54,680 nucleotides of DNA from Armatimonadetes bacterium JP3_11 (GTDB taxonomy: Bacteria; Armatimonadota; Fimbriimonadia; Fimbriimonadales; GBS-DC). The DNA lies in NCBI GenBank assembly GCA_002254605.1, contig NKPV01000003.1, positions 1-54,680 of the forward strand, read 5' to 3'. A model generated the notes under the pieces. The model saw nothing but the letters and a program-made list of their open reading frames with translations. It was not told the origin of the DNA and did no database searches. A program made the translations under genes and the position numbers. Below are positions 11,396-21,019 of the stretch, one piece after another. Each line of letters begins with the position of its first letter. Within the stretch, counting starts at the first letter, position 1.

Positions 11396-12613
11396 TTAGT
11401 GCGCCGCCTCCAGTAGACGCGGCTCGTTCTTGGGTACAAGGGCGCGCTTGAGCAAGTTGCCCAGCATCAAGTAAAACCAAATCCCACCCAAGCCCACGAA
11501 CGCCGCCACATCATAGAGACTGATGCTCAGCGTTTCGGACCACATCGGCTTAATCTGCCAGAAAATTTCCACGACGCGGATCGCCAACACAATGATCACA
11601 CCGACGAGCAGCTGTTTCGGTATCCACTTCGTGCGTGGCGCCATAAACCAGAAGAACGGGATGAAGAACTGGAATATCGGGATGAGGTACGCGATATACT
11701 GCCAGCCGCCCAGATTGCGCCGCAAATAGAACTGCGTGAACTCGTACAGGTTGCCCGAGTAGGTAATCAGCAGTTGTGAGAACGAGACATACGACCAGAA
11801 CACGCAGAGCGTGAACATAAAGTTGCCCCAGTCGCGGCGGTAGCCTTCATAGCCCTCGTGGTAGACGATGGGCTTATAGAGAGGCAGGTCGCGCCACGAG
11901 AGCACCATATACAGCGCGAGCGCGAGCATGTTTAGCCCGAAGCCCGCGATCATAATCACCGCATACATCGTGGAGAACCAGTGGGGCTGCAGCGACTGCC
12001 CCCAGTCGACCATCGCCAGGGTGAAAGTGATCATGAACACCACGATTCCGAACGCGGCGAAGCCCGAGCGTTGGCGCGAGAGGAACTCGGCTTTGACAGG
12101 GTCGCCGACCTCGTCTTCCTGTTTTGAGCCGTCCCAGAGCCGCTTGGCAAAGAATGCCCAAATCGCGATATAGATGACGGCAGCGATGGCGAAGCGCGTT
12201 TCGTTCAGCCACGGGCGCTTCGCCTGCAGCACAGGATCCGCAGCGACGACCTCTTTGTGTGTCCATTCAAAAATGTTGTGCGCTACGAACACATCATACA
12301 GAATCGGCAGCAGCGCCAACGCCATCAGGGGGAATATCAGCATCGCCGCCGATTCAAAAATGCGAATCAGCGGTAGTCCCCAGCGTCCTCGCACAGTGTG
12401 GAGCAGCAGGCTAAGCCCCAGCCCGCCCAGCGTCATGCCCATCCAATAGAAGAACGCGAGGTGGTAGCCTTGGAGAGCGAGCTTGGGGTTCGTCGCCAAG
12501 CCTGTCGCCCACACGGCTAAGCCCAGAATCCCCAGCCCCAGCGCGATGGGGCGTCCCCGCGTGATTCGCTGCCGAACTTCCTGTTCCGAGAGTGCCGTTG
12601 TTGTCGCTGCCAT
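11396..12613 (-). CDS. actF: Alternative complex III membrane subunit ActF
   Basis: Polytopic membrane protein; DWGQSLQPHWFSTMY, FWSYVSFSQLLITYSGNL; operon position. Confidence 0.88.
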   Translation of the reverse strand: MAATTTALSEQEVRQRITRGRPIALGLGILGLAVWATGLATNPKLALQGYHLAFFYWMGMTLGGLGLSLLLHTVRGRWGLPLIRIFESAAMLIFPLMALALLPILYDVFVAHNIFEWTHKEVVAADPVLQAKRPWLNETRFAIAAVIYIAIWAFFAKRLWDGSKQEDEVGDPVKAEFLSRQRSGFAAFGIVVFMITFTLAMVDWGQSLQPHWFSTMYAVIMIAGFGLNMLALALYMVLSWRDLPLYKPIVYHEGYEGYRRDWGNFMFTLCVFWSYVSFSQLLITYSGNLYEFTQFYLRRNLGGWQYIAYLIPIFQFFIPFFWFMAPRTKWIPKQLLVGVIIVLAIRVVEIFWQIKPMWSETLSISLYDVAAFVGLGGIWFYLMLGNLLKRALVPKNEPRLLEAAH

Positions 12614-12615
12614 GC

Positions 12616-13293
12616 TTAGTTCTCCTGCGCAAGATTGCGTGGCTGACGCTCGCGTTTTGCCTGCTCCGCTTGCGCCAGCTTCTCGATATCCTCTGGAGCT
12701 AAATCTTTCAGGTTCGCGTTCTGGCTGAGTTGCAGCACGCGCACATAAGCCGCCACTGCCCAGAGTTCTTCATCGGTCATCCGCGAGCCATAGCCGTACA
12801 TAATGCCGAAGCCGTATTTACCCGAGCTGAAGAAGTAGCCTATCGGCTGCGTGAGGAGCTGCTCGCGCACCAGCGACGGTACGGGTCGAGGCCACTGCCC
12901 ACGCAAGGCGATCATGCCTTTGCCGTCGCCTGCGCGCCCGTGACACTGGGCACAGAAGATGTTATACTTCTCCTGTCCCTTGTTCAGAAACTCGCGCGTG
13001 AGCTTGACCTGCGGCGGTAGTTTCGTGAGCAGGTTGCCCTGCGAATCCTTGCCCGTAATGAACGGATCGTTCGGGTCTTGCAGTTTGCCTCGCGCGATGG
13101 TGTTTTCTGGCATCGGGCGCGAACCGTCGCCGTAAATCTTGCCATCGAAGCCCTTCACCGGGTCTGTGAGGGCATAAAATTCGCTATTCGCCTGTGCCTT
13201 AACTTTCTGCTGCACCCACATATCGGTGCGGCAGCCTGTGAGTACCAGCAAGCTCAGCGCCAGCAGTCCACCAAGCGCGTATCGTTTCATCAC
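12616..13293 (-). CDS. actE: Alternative complex III monoheme cytochrome c lipoprotein ActE
   Basis: Lipobox LTGC; GQEKYNIFCAQCHGRAGDG; WAVAAYVRVLQLSQ. Confidence 0.9.
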   Translation of the reverse strand: MMKRYALGGLLALSLLVLTGCRTDMWVQQKVKAQANSEFYALTDPVKGFDGKIYGDGSRPMPENTIARGKLQDPNDPFITGKDSQGNLLTKLPPQVKLTREFLNKGQEKYNIFCAQCHGRAGDGKGMIALRGQWPRPVPSLVREQLLTQPIGYFFSSGKYGFGIMYGYGSRMTDEELWAVAAYVRVLQLSQNANLKDLAPEDIEKLAQAEQAKRERQPRNLAQEN

Positions 13294-13838
13294 TCGGGCA
13301 CCTCCGCGATGCTAATCGGGTTCAGCGACTGCAGAAACTCGTACACCTTATCGCGGTTGAAATTCGGGTCCTTGCTCTCGATGCAGACGAAGAAACGGTC
13401 GGTGCTGGCGCGAGCGAACTGGGGCACATTGAACACGGGGTGGTAGTAGGTGAGCATGCGGTTATAGATATGCGTGCCGAAGAACGCGCCGAACGCCGCC
13501 GCCAACACCATGCCCTCAAAAGTAATCGGGATGAAGTAAGGCCAGCTGAGCAGGTCACGCCCCGCCACATTCAGCGGATAGTCGACCAAGCTCGTCCATG
13601 CCTGCAGGCTGAACGCGCCGATGGCGCCGAGAAGCCCCATCGTGAACACCGTCCAGGGCACCTTGGCTTCTTTGACGCCCATCGCGGCGGTCAGCCCGTG
13701 GATGGGGAACGGCGTGTAGCAGTCGAAGTTGCGGTAGCCGGCATCGCGGGTGCGTCGCGCCGCCTCCAGCAGCTGGTCGGGCGTCTCAAACTCCGCCATG
13801 ATGCCGTAGAGCCGGGGAGCGGTCTCTGGGTGTGCCAT
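13290..13838 (-). CDS. actD: Alternative complex III subunit ActD (DUF3341)
   Basis: GIMAEFETP, YTPFPIHGL, DYPLNVAGR, FIPITFE, DRFFVCIE. Confidence 0.9.
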   Translation of the reverse strand: MAHPETAPRLYGIMAEFETPDQLLEAARRTRDAGYRNFDCYTPFPIHGLTAAMGVKEAKVPWTVFTMGLLGAIGAFSLQAWTSLVDYPLNVAGRDLLSWPYFIPITFEGMVLAAAFGAFFGTHIYNRMLTYYHPVFNVPQFARASTDRFFVCIESKDPNFNRDKVYEFLQSLNPISIAEVPE

Positions 13839-15274
13839 TACTGACCACCTCCTTGCGGGGCGGGTGCGGTGGGCTTGCTCTTATGGGTGTGTGCGCCGCC
13901 GTGCCCGTTATGCCCGTGATAGAGTTTGTACCAGAGCTCCTTCAACTCCGCCACCGCCAACATCGGGATAAATCGCGCGAACACGAACATCATCATAATG
14001 AAAAAGCCGATTGTGCCCAGATAGAGCCACCAGTCGTTAATCGTGGGAGTGTACATGCCCCACGCCGACGGGGTGAAGTCACGATGCAGGCTCATCACCA
14101 CAATCACGAACCGCTCGAACCACATCCCGATGTTCACGATAATCGAGATGATGAACAGCGCCAGCAAGTTCTGCCGAATCTTAGGCGACCAGAGCAGTTG
14201 GGGCACGATGCCATTGCAGAAAATCAGCGCCCAGTACGCCGCCCAGTACGGACCGAAGAATCGGTTCACCACCAAGAACTGCTCGAACTGGTTGCCACTG
14301 TACCAGCCGAAGAACATCTCGCACAGGTAGCCGTAGAACACTATCCAGCCCGTGGCGAGCATCACCTTTGCCATCCAGTCGATGTGGTTCATGGTGATGT
14401 AGTCTTGCAGTTTAGGATACAGGATGCGGAACGGGATGACGAGGGTGAGCACCATCGCGAACCCCGAGAAGATGGCGCCTGCGACAAAGTAAGGTGGGAA
14501 GATGGTGACATGCCAGCCTGGTACGATAGAAATCGCGAAGTCTAACGACACGATGGAGTGTACCGACAGTACCAGGGGTGTGGACAGCCCTGCCAGCAAC
14601 AGGTACGCCTGCTCCCAGCGCAGCCAGTGGATGGCGGAGTTGCGCCACCCCAGTGCAAAGATACCGTTCAGCACACGGGAAATTTGGCTCTTGGCGCGGT
14701 CGCGCATCTTCGCCAAGTCGGGGATCAGCCCCATGTACCAGAACAGCACGGAAACCGTGAAGTAGGTGGACACCGCCCACACATCCCACTCCAGCGGGCT
14801 GCGGAACTGGGGCCACATCGCCAGCCAGTTGGGGATGGGGAACAGCCAGTACGCCACCCAGGGTCGCCCCGTGTGGAACAGCGGGAAGATGCCTGCGCAC
14901 ATCACGGCGAAAATCGTCATCGCTTCCGCGAACCGGTTGATAGACATGCGCCAGGCTTGTCGCAGCAGGAGCAAAATCGCGGAGATGAGCGTCCCCGCGT
15001 GCCCAATACCGATCCACCAAACGAAGTTGATGATGGCGAATCCCCATGCGACGGGCTGATTGATGCCCCAGATTCCTAAGCCTACAGCTACCAGATACAC
15101 GAGCGCCATCAGCAACGCGAACGCGCCGATCAGCCCCAGCCCGAACATAATCGTCCACGCCATCGGGTGGCGCTCCATCGGGATGCTGGTAATCTGATCC
15201 GTGATGCGCTCGTAGGTCTGCTGCCCCTCAAATAGAGGGAACTCCTTGATTTCTGCCTTAATGGTCTGTTGCAT
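13838..15274 (-). CDS. actC: Alternative complex III quinol-binding subunit ActC (NrfD family)
   Basis: NFVWWIGIGHAGTLISAIL, HTGRPW, QFRSPLEWD, VLSVHSIVSLDFA, GMWFERF. Confidence 0.93.
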   Translation of the reverse strand: MQQTIKAEIKEFPLFEGQQTYERITDQITSIPMERHPMAWTIMFGLGLIGAFALLMALVYLVAVGLGIWGINQPVAWGFAIINFVWWIGIGHAGTLISAILLLLRQAWRMSINRFAEAMTIFAVMCAGIFPLFHTGRPWVAYWLFPIPNWLAMWPQFRSPLEWDVWAVSTYFTVSVLFWYMGLIPDLAKMRDRAKSQISRVLNGIFALGWRNSAIHWLRWEQAYLLLAGLSTPLVLSVHSIVSLDFAISIVPGWHVTIFPPYFVAGAIFSGFAMVLTLVIPFRILYPKLQDYITMNHIDWMAKVMLATGWIVFYGYLCEMFFGWYSGNQFEQFLVVNRFFGPYWAAYWALIFCNGIVPQLLWSPKIRQNLLALFIISIIVNIGMWFERFVIVVMSLHRDFTPSAWGMYTPTINDWWLYLGTIGFFIMMMFVFARFIPMLAVAELKELWYKLYHGHNGHGGAHTHKSKPTAPAPQGGGQ

Positions 15275-18200
15275 GGCTTGCCTCCGCGCCGCTCAGTTCT
15301 GGATTCGGATTGTCGATTTTGGCGAGGTAAGTGGTTCGTGGTCGGGCGTTCAGCTCGCCCAGAATTGTGAAGTTATGCGGCTGTTGTCGCATCTGATGCA
15401 CGCGGCTCTGGGGATCGTTCAGATCGCCGAACACGATTGCTTGGGTGGGGCACGCTTGCTGACACGCCGTAACCACTTCGCCATCGCGAATGCGTCGGTT
15501 CTCGCGCTTGGCTAAGATGCGCGCCTTGCTAATCCGCTGCACGCAGTAGGTGCACTTCTCCATCACACCGCGCCCGCGCACCGTGACATCGGGGTTTTGC
15601 AGCAGGTGCAGCACAGGCGACTTCATGTAGCTGTAGCGATAGTAGTTGAAGCGTCGCACCTTGTACGGGCAGTTGTTGGAGCAGTAGCGTGTGCCCACGC
15701 AGCGGTTATAAACCATCGCGTTCAGCCCCTCGTGATCGTGTACGGTTGCCGCCACAGGACACACCAGCTCACACGGGGCGTTCTCACACTGCATACAGGG
15801 GATGGGCATCTGGTACACGCGCGGGTTCTCTGCTTTGCCCTTGAAGTAGCGGTCGATGCGCAGCCACAGCATTTCGCGCCCGCGCATCACCTCTTCCTTG
15901 CCCACGACGGGGATGTTGTTCTCCGCTTGGCAAGCCGTGACACACGCGCTACAACCCGTGCAGACGGTGGGGTCAATCACCATCGCCCATGCGTAGCGAT
16001 AGTTGTCGGGGTTCTCGTAGCGGTCATAAGTCCACCGCTCCGGATACATCGTCGGATGTTTCCACTCGTAGCCCTTGCGGTGCGACTTGTTTTTCAGCTC
16101 CGGGTCCTGCTTGAACTCCTCCAGCAGCCCAGTTAGAATGATAGGACGATGTTGCGTGCTGTCTAAATGGATGTCCCCTTTCTGGCGCGTGTCGATAAGG
16201 TGATGCTCTTCGGTGCGCGCTACGGGATACCGCTCGGCTTGCGGGACGACCTCCACGCCGGTACGAATCCAGGGCGAATCCGAGGTGCGTAGCAGGTAGG
16301 CGTTGAACCCGGCGCCAGAACCTTTTTCGCCGGCGCGGGTGCGCCCATAGCCCAGATGGAGCGTGATGCAGTCGTCGGCGTGTCCTGGAATCGGGTACGC
16401 CGCCACGCGCATCGCCTGCCCGTTCACGCTGAGCGTCACAATCGGCGCGTCGCCTTTCACAAACGAGGCGTCCTCAAAGAACGCCCAAGTGCCCTTGCGG
16501 CGCAGTCCAAGCGCCTCAAAGGTCTTGAGGCTCATGTAAGCGAGGTTGTCCCAGCACACGCGCGTGACGGGCTTGGGCAGTTCTTGGAGCCATGCGTTGT
16601 TGGCGAACCGTCCGTCGTACACGGTGGGGTCGGGCGCAAAGCGCAGTTCGTAGGTCTTGACGCTCGCTTGTACGGGGGCAAGTTCGTAGATTGGCGCTTG
16701 CACAATAAGCGGCGTCTGCTTCAGCGCAACCTGCGTGACGGGCTTCGCGGTGCGGGGCAGCACGCCGTCATGCACGCCTTTGCGCCACACGGCGTCGAAC
16801 TGCGCGTCGGGCGCCAGCTTCGCCTGCTTCCAATAGTCCTGTACTAACTTGAAGGTCTCACCCGGCGCGCCGTTGAGTTGCGCCATCACCTCCAACGCGC
16901 TGCGCGTGTTGGGATAGAGCGGGAAAATCAATGGTTGCTGAATGGTGACCGTGCCGTCGAACGCGCGCACATCGCCCCATGTCTCAAATGGGTGGCTTTC
17001 GGGCAAGTGCCACACGCACAGCGCAGCGGTCTCATCCACATACATCCCGTGATGGACGCTGAACGGCACTTTCGGGATGAGGTCTTTGAAGTTCAAGTCG
17101 GCGGGGGCATTGTAGGCGGGGTTCACGCCGCCCAGCATAATCAGCACTTCCACCGCGTTGTTTTTCAGGTCGTCGGCGAGCTGCTTGATGTCTTGCATGT
17201 GCAGCACGGGCTTCTCTTCGGGGGGCGCGGTGAACACGACCGTCTTACCCAAGTTGCCCAGGTGCGCGTTGATGGCGTGGGCGATGGCGTGGACGGCGGG
17301 TGGCTGTGCCTCGCCGACGATTACAAGGCTCTCGCCCCGATGCGCCGCCAAGTCGCCTGCCGCGACTTGCGCCCATTTCTGCTCGGTCTCGGTCAGCTCG
17401 CCCTCAACGGTTGCCTGTACTGGCGCTCCAAGCAGTCGGGCAATCTCGTACAGCAGGCGTGCGATCTTGCTGGAGCGGATAGGCAGATGCTCATCCGCTG
17501 TCATGCCTGTCACCGTGAACATCGGCTCCGCGACATAGAGGCGGTTCATTTCGGTCTGCCCTGCGCGGATGCGTCTGCCGTCGGCGAACTCACGGGCATA
17601 GCGCACGGCGCCTGGCTCGGTATACAGAAAATCGCTGTCCAGCGCGACAATGACCTTCGCGTTGCGCAGGCGATAGATGGGGTTGAGCCACTCGCCGAAC
17701 GCGAGCCGTGCGCCTTCGTACACATTGTCGCGATTCACAGGCTCATATTGGTACCACTTCGCCTGCGGATAGGTCTGCAGGAACTTCTGAATCTGCGCAG
17801 CGAGCGATGGGGAAACCACACGCCCCGTGAGGATTCGGATGCCTGCGCCGCCTTTGGCGGCTTGCTGTCCCAGCGCGTTTTGCACATCGGCTTCAAACGC
17901 TCGCCAAGTTTCGGGGCGTCCAAAACGCAGCACAGTCTGCGAGCGGTCAGGGTCATAGAGGTCTAAGATTTGGGCTTGCGTGATGGCGTCGGTCGCGCCG
18001 AGGCTGGTCGGGTGGTCGGGGTTACCTTCCAGTTTGACGGGGCGCCCTTCGTACACGCGCCCCAGCACGCCAATCGCGTAGCCGTTGGTCAGCACCGCCG
18101 TCGCGTAGTAGTTCGAGACGCCCACCGTGCGGTCGGTCGGCGTCTTGGGACGCGAGATGACAGGACCCTGCGGCTTATAGCCGCACGCCGAGAGCCCCGC

Positions 18201-18386
18201 CAGCGCCATCGACGCGCCCATGAGCTTCAGAAACTGCCGACGGCTCACGAAGTCGCCCAGCGGCGCCGCCTGGCTCGGAAACTCCCGCTTCAGAATCTCC
18301 TCAAACTCAGGCGATTGCTCTAACTCGCTCAGGCTCCGCCAAAACTGTTCGCCTGCGCCTTGAGTCTCCTTGCGTGTCGCTTCCAT
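15258..18386 (-). CDS. actB: Alternative complex III subunit ActB (molybdopterin-oxidoreductase-like domain fused to an Fe-S domain)
   Basis: FWRSLSEL, Tat-like SRRQFLKLMG, GRPVKLEGNPDHP, LYDPDR; C-terminal CTGCSAC, CMQCENAPC, CVGTRYCSNNCPY, CTYC clusters. Confidence 0.94.
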   Translation of the reverse strand: MEATRKETQGAGEQFWRSLSELEQSPEFEEILKREFPSQAAPLGDFVSRRQFLKLMGASMALAGLSACGYKPQGPVISRPKTPTDRTVGVSNYYATAVLTNGYAIGVLGRVYEGRPVKLEGNPDHPTSLGATDAITQAQILDLYDPDRSQTVLRFGRPETWRAFEADVQNALGQQAAKGGAGIRILTGRVVSPSLAAQIQKFLQTYPQAKWYQYEPVNRDNVYEGARLAFGEWLNPIYRLRNAKVIVALDSDFLYTEPGAVRYAREFADGRRIRAGQTEMNRLYVAEPMFTVTGMTADEHLPIRSSKIARLLYEIARLLGAPVQATVEGELTETEQKWAQVAAGDLAAHRGESLVIVGEAQPPAVHAIAHAINAHLGNLGKTVVFTAPPEEKPVLHMQDIKQLADDLKNNAVEVLIMLGGVNPAYNAPADLNFKDLIPKVPFSVHHGMYVDETAALCVWHLPESHPFETWGDVRAFDGTVTIQQPLIFPLYPNTRSALEVMAQLNGAPGETFKLVQDYWKQAKLAPDAQFDAVWRKGVHDGVLPRTAKPVTQVALKQTPLIVQAPIYELAPVQASVKTYELRFAPDPTVYDGRFANNAWLQELPKPVTRVCWDNLAYMSLKTFEALGLRRKGTWAFFEDASFVKGDAPIVTLSVNGQAMRVAAYPIPGHADDCITLHLGYGRTRAGEKGSGAGFNAYLLRTSDSPWIRTGVEVVPQAERYPVARTEEHHLIDTRQKGDIHLDSTQHRPIILTGLLEEFKQDPELKNKSHRKGYEWKHPTMYPERWTYDRYENPDNYRYAWAMVIDPTVCTGCSACVTACQAENNIPVVGKEEVMRGREMLWLRIDRYFKGKAENPRVYQMPIPCMQCENAPCELVCPVAATVHDHEGLNAMVYNRCVGTRYCSNNCPYKVRRFNYYRYSYMKSPVLHLLQNPDVTVRGRGVMEKCTYCVQRISKARILAKRENRRIRDGEVVTACQQACPTQAIVFGDLNDPQSRVHQMRQQPHNFTILGELNARPRTTYLAKIDNPNPELSGAEASHATDH

Positions 18387-18395
18387 CGCTCCTCC

Positions 18396-19121
18396 TTACC
18401 GATGGCAAATCGAGCAGTCGCTCAACTGCTCCTTGTGGATGTTGTAATGCTTCACCAGCAACTTGCCCAACTCCAACTGGTTGCGCGGAATGTTGTTCGG
18501 GTCATAGGGGATGCCATACTTATCTAACATCGCCTTCATCTCTTCTTGGGTGCGCGGGGTCTTGTAGTACATGTTAAAAACTTCCTCTTTGGGGCGAATG
18601 TTTTTCTCGGGGTTGCGGTGGCAGTCCAAGCACCACTGCATCGAGAAGTATTGCGATTTATGTGTCAGGTGCATCTTCTCGATGCCGCCGTGGCACGAGG
18701 CGCAACTGATGCCTTTGTTCACATGGGCGCTGTGGTCAAAATAGACGAAGTCGGGCAGATTGTTCACTTTGTTCCACACGAGGGGGGTGTTGTTATTGTA
18801 GCTATCACGCACGGGCTGCAACAAGGGGCTATTCGTCCAGATTTGCGAGTGGCAGGTCATACACACTTCTGTGGAGGGGACGCCTGCGTGCGCCGACTGC
18901 GTCACAGACCAGTGGCAGTACCGACAGTCGATGCCCAGCTCCTCGTAGTGGTGTTTATGGCTGAACGGCACGGGCTGGTCGGGCGGTTCGCCAACTTTCG
19001 TCCACCACGGCGAGCGCGTAATCGCCGAGCCTCCGACCGCCAAGCCGACTATCGCCAGCAAGCCGCCTACCACAGCCACGCGGGCTAATGTATTATGATG
19101 ACGCCGAAATACCTGTGCCAT
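18396..19121 (-). CDS. actA: Alternative complex III pentaheme cytochrome ActA
   Basis: Five CxxCH motifs (CRYCH, CMTCH, CASCH, CLDCH, CSICH), QPVPFSHKHH, N-terminal TM. ATG 19121 follows GAGGTG. Confidence 0.94.
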   Translation of the reverse strand: MAQVFRRHHNTLARVAVVGGLLAIVGLAVGGSAITRSPWWTKVGEPPDQPVPFSHKHHYEELGIDCRYCHWSVTQSAHAGVPSTEVCMTCHSQIWTNSPLLQPVRDSYNNNTPLVWNKVNNLPDFVYFDHSAHVNKGISCASCHGGIEKMHLTHKSQYFSMQWCLDCHRNPEKNIRPKEEVFNMYYKTPRTQEEMKAMLDKYGIPYDPNNIPRNQLELGKLLVKHYNIHKEQLSDCSICHR

Positions 19122-19187
19122 AACGGTCACCTCGTACGATTAGCGTACCCTCCGCTAGGAGAACTGATTCCTCCTGCCGAAGAACGC

Positions 19188-19205
19188 TTGTGATAAATTG
19201 CACAA
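19188..19205. promoter_or_regulatory. Rex- or CRP/Fnr-type operator in the act operon leader
   Basis: TTGTGATAAATTGCACAA versus the Rex consensus TTGTGAA-N4-TTCACAA (2 mismatches). Confidence 0.6.
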
Positions 19206-19316
19206 ACTTAGCCACGCTAAGCATTTTCTTCATAGCGAATCGCTTTCGGGAAGACTTGCGTAGGAGATCAGGCTTCGTCGCTCGTATCCCCTGCGCAAGT
19301 CCTCCAACGACGCTAT

Positions 19317-19346
19317 ATAATACCTAATTATCGGGCGTGTTGTCAA
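19317..19346 (-). promoter_or_regulatory. Sigma70-type promoter of the act/cox operon
   Basis: Minus strand TTGACA-18 nt-TATTAT. Confidence 0.7.
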
Positions 19347-19364
19347 GGGATTCAAGAGGGCAGA

Positions 19365-19382
19365 TTGTGAATGATTTCACGG
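19365..19382. promoter_or_regulatory. Second Rex- or CRP/Fnr-type operator, upstream of the act promoter
   Basis: TTGTGAATGATTTCACGG (TGTGA-N6-TCAC core). Confidence 0.6.
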
Positions 19383-19409
19383 AAATGGGAGCTGATTGGA
19401 AGAGCGCCC

Positions 19410-19730
19410 CTAAGCCCTTCTGAACAACGCCCAGAGCATCGCCACGAATGTAATCGCGCTGAGAATCATCGTAATTCCGCCCGGCATCCATTTGCCGGTA
19501 GTGAAGAATCGGTAGGCGAAGAACACAGCCAGCGCCAACGCCACCCCTGCGCCCAAGCCGAAGCCTGCCGTGGGGTTGCGAAAGCTTAGCCCGAAGCCCA
19601 ACAGCAGCAACGCCGCCGCAATCAGACCGTTGACCAATGAGACCACACTCTGTGCCTGTGTGTAGCCCATGACGCCGCCCGCAGCAATAATAATCGCATA
19701 CAGCAGTAGCACCACTTGGAATGCATTCAT
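19410..19730 (-). CDS. TMEM14 family small membrane protein
   Basis: MNAFQVVLLLYAIIIAAGGVMGYTQAQSVVSL...RFFTTGKWMPGG; ATG overlaps the argD stop (ATGA). The track start at 20000 is rejected. Confidence 0.8.
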   Translation of the reverse strand: MNAFQVVLLLYAIIIAAGGVMGYTQAQSVVSLVNGLIAAALLLLGFGLSFRNPTAGFGLGAGVALALAVFFAYRFFTTGKWMPGGITMILSAITFVAMLWALFRRA

Positions 19731-20935
19731 ACCGACACCTCCTGAAACACTGCAGCGAGAACTTCGATGGACTCGTCGACATCGCTTTGGGTAATCACCA
19801 GTGGGGGCACGATGCGCAGCACCGTGTCGCTGACGGCGTTGAGGATGAGGCGTCGCGCCAACGCTTTTTGGAACACAGTTCGCGCTACGGGGTGCGTCAG
19901 TTCCACCCCAACCATTAGCCCGCGCCCACGTACTTCGCAAATCGGCGCACCATGTGATTGCAAGGCACGCAGGCGTCCCTGCAGATACGCCCCGACACAA
20001 GCAGCGTTCTCCAGCAGGTTCTCTTGTTCTATGATTTCGATCACGGCGAGCGCGGCGCTACAGGCAAGCGGATTGCCGCCGTAGGTCGTACCGTGTTCAC
20101 CCGCCTGCAGCACTTCGGTCGCGACGCCCCGCATCAAACACGCCCCCACTGGGAACCCACCGCCCAAACCCTTCGCCACCGCGACCACATCGGGCAAGAC
20201 GCCTGCATGCTGATAGGCGAACCACTTCCCTGTGCGCCCGAAGCCCGCTTGCACCTCGTCGACAATCAAGAGGGCATTATACCGATCGCATAAGTGGCGT
20301 GCTTCCTGCAGATACTCGTCGTGGATAGGATGGATACCGCCTTCGCCCTGAATCGGCTCCAGTAGGATAGCAGCGGTGCGTTCGCTGAAGGCGTCGCGCA
20401 GCGCGTGCAGGTCATTACGAGGCAAGGCGCGAAAACCAGGGAGCAGCGGTTTGAAGGGCTCCTGATACTTCGCTTGCATCGTCGCTGAGAGGGCGCCCAT
20501 CGTGCGTCCGTGAAAACTGCCTTCCAGCGTGAGGATTTCATAGTCAGGCGTCTTTTTGACGGCATTGGCGAACTTACGGGCGATTTTGATGCCCAGTTCG
20601 CACGCTTCTGCGCCGCTGTTGCAGAAAAATGCCTTTTCCATGCCAGACAGGGCGCACAAGCGTTGAGCCAGGCGCGCCTGCGGCTCGGTCAGGAAAAAGT
20701 TGCTAGTGTGCATCAATGTGCCCGCCTGCTCGCAGATACGCTGCACTAAGTGGGGATGGCAGTGCCCCACACTACACACGGCGATCCCCGCGAGAAAGTC
20801 TAAATAGGCGTTGCCCTGATCGTCGTAGAGCCGCGCCCCCGCGCCGCGCACGAACACGATGGGCTGCCGCCGATACACGGGCAAGACATAACGCTGGTCT
20901 AACTCCGCTACCGTCTCATACAAAGGCGTCGCCAT
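19727..20935 (-). CDS. argD: Acetylornithine aminotransferase (class III PLP enzyme)
   Basis: YLDFLAGIAV, FCNSGAEA, SFHGRTMG, EPIQGEGG, DEVQAGFGRTG, AKGLGGGFP, HGTTYGGNP. ATG 20935. Confidence 0.88.
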   Translation of the reverse strand: MATPLYETVAELDQRYVLPVYRRQPIVFVRGAGARLYDDQGNAYLDFLAGIAVCSVGHCHPHLVQRICEQAGTLMHTSNFFLTEPQARLAQRLCALSGMEKAFFCNSGAEACELGIKIARKFANAVKKTPDYEILTLEGSFHGRTMGALSATMQAKYQEPFKPLLPGFRALPRNDLHALRDAFSERTAAILLEPIQGEGGIHPIHDEYLQEARHLCDRYNALLIVDEVQAGFGRTGKWFAYQHAGVLPDVVAVAKGLGGGFPVGACLMRGVATEVLQAGEHGTTYGGNPLACSAALAVIEIIEQENLLENAACVGAYLQGRLRALQSHGAPICEVRGRGLMVGVELTHPVARTVFQKALARRLILNAVSDTVLRIVPPLVITQSDVDESIEVLAAVFQEVSV

Positions 20936-21019
20936 ACCCTGCGAGTATACCTGATAGGGGAGGTACGGAGCGAGTGCGAACACAGAATGCCCTTAAGAAA
21001 AGGAGACCCGCCAAGTCGC

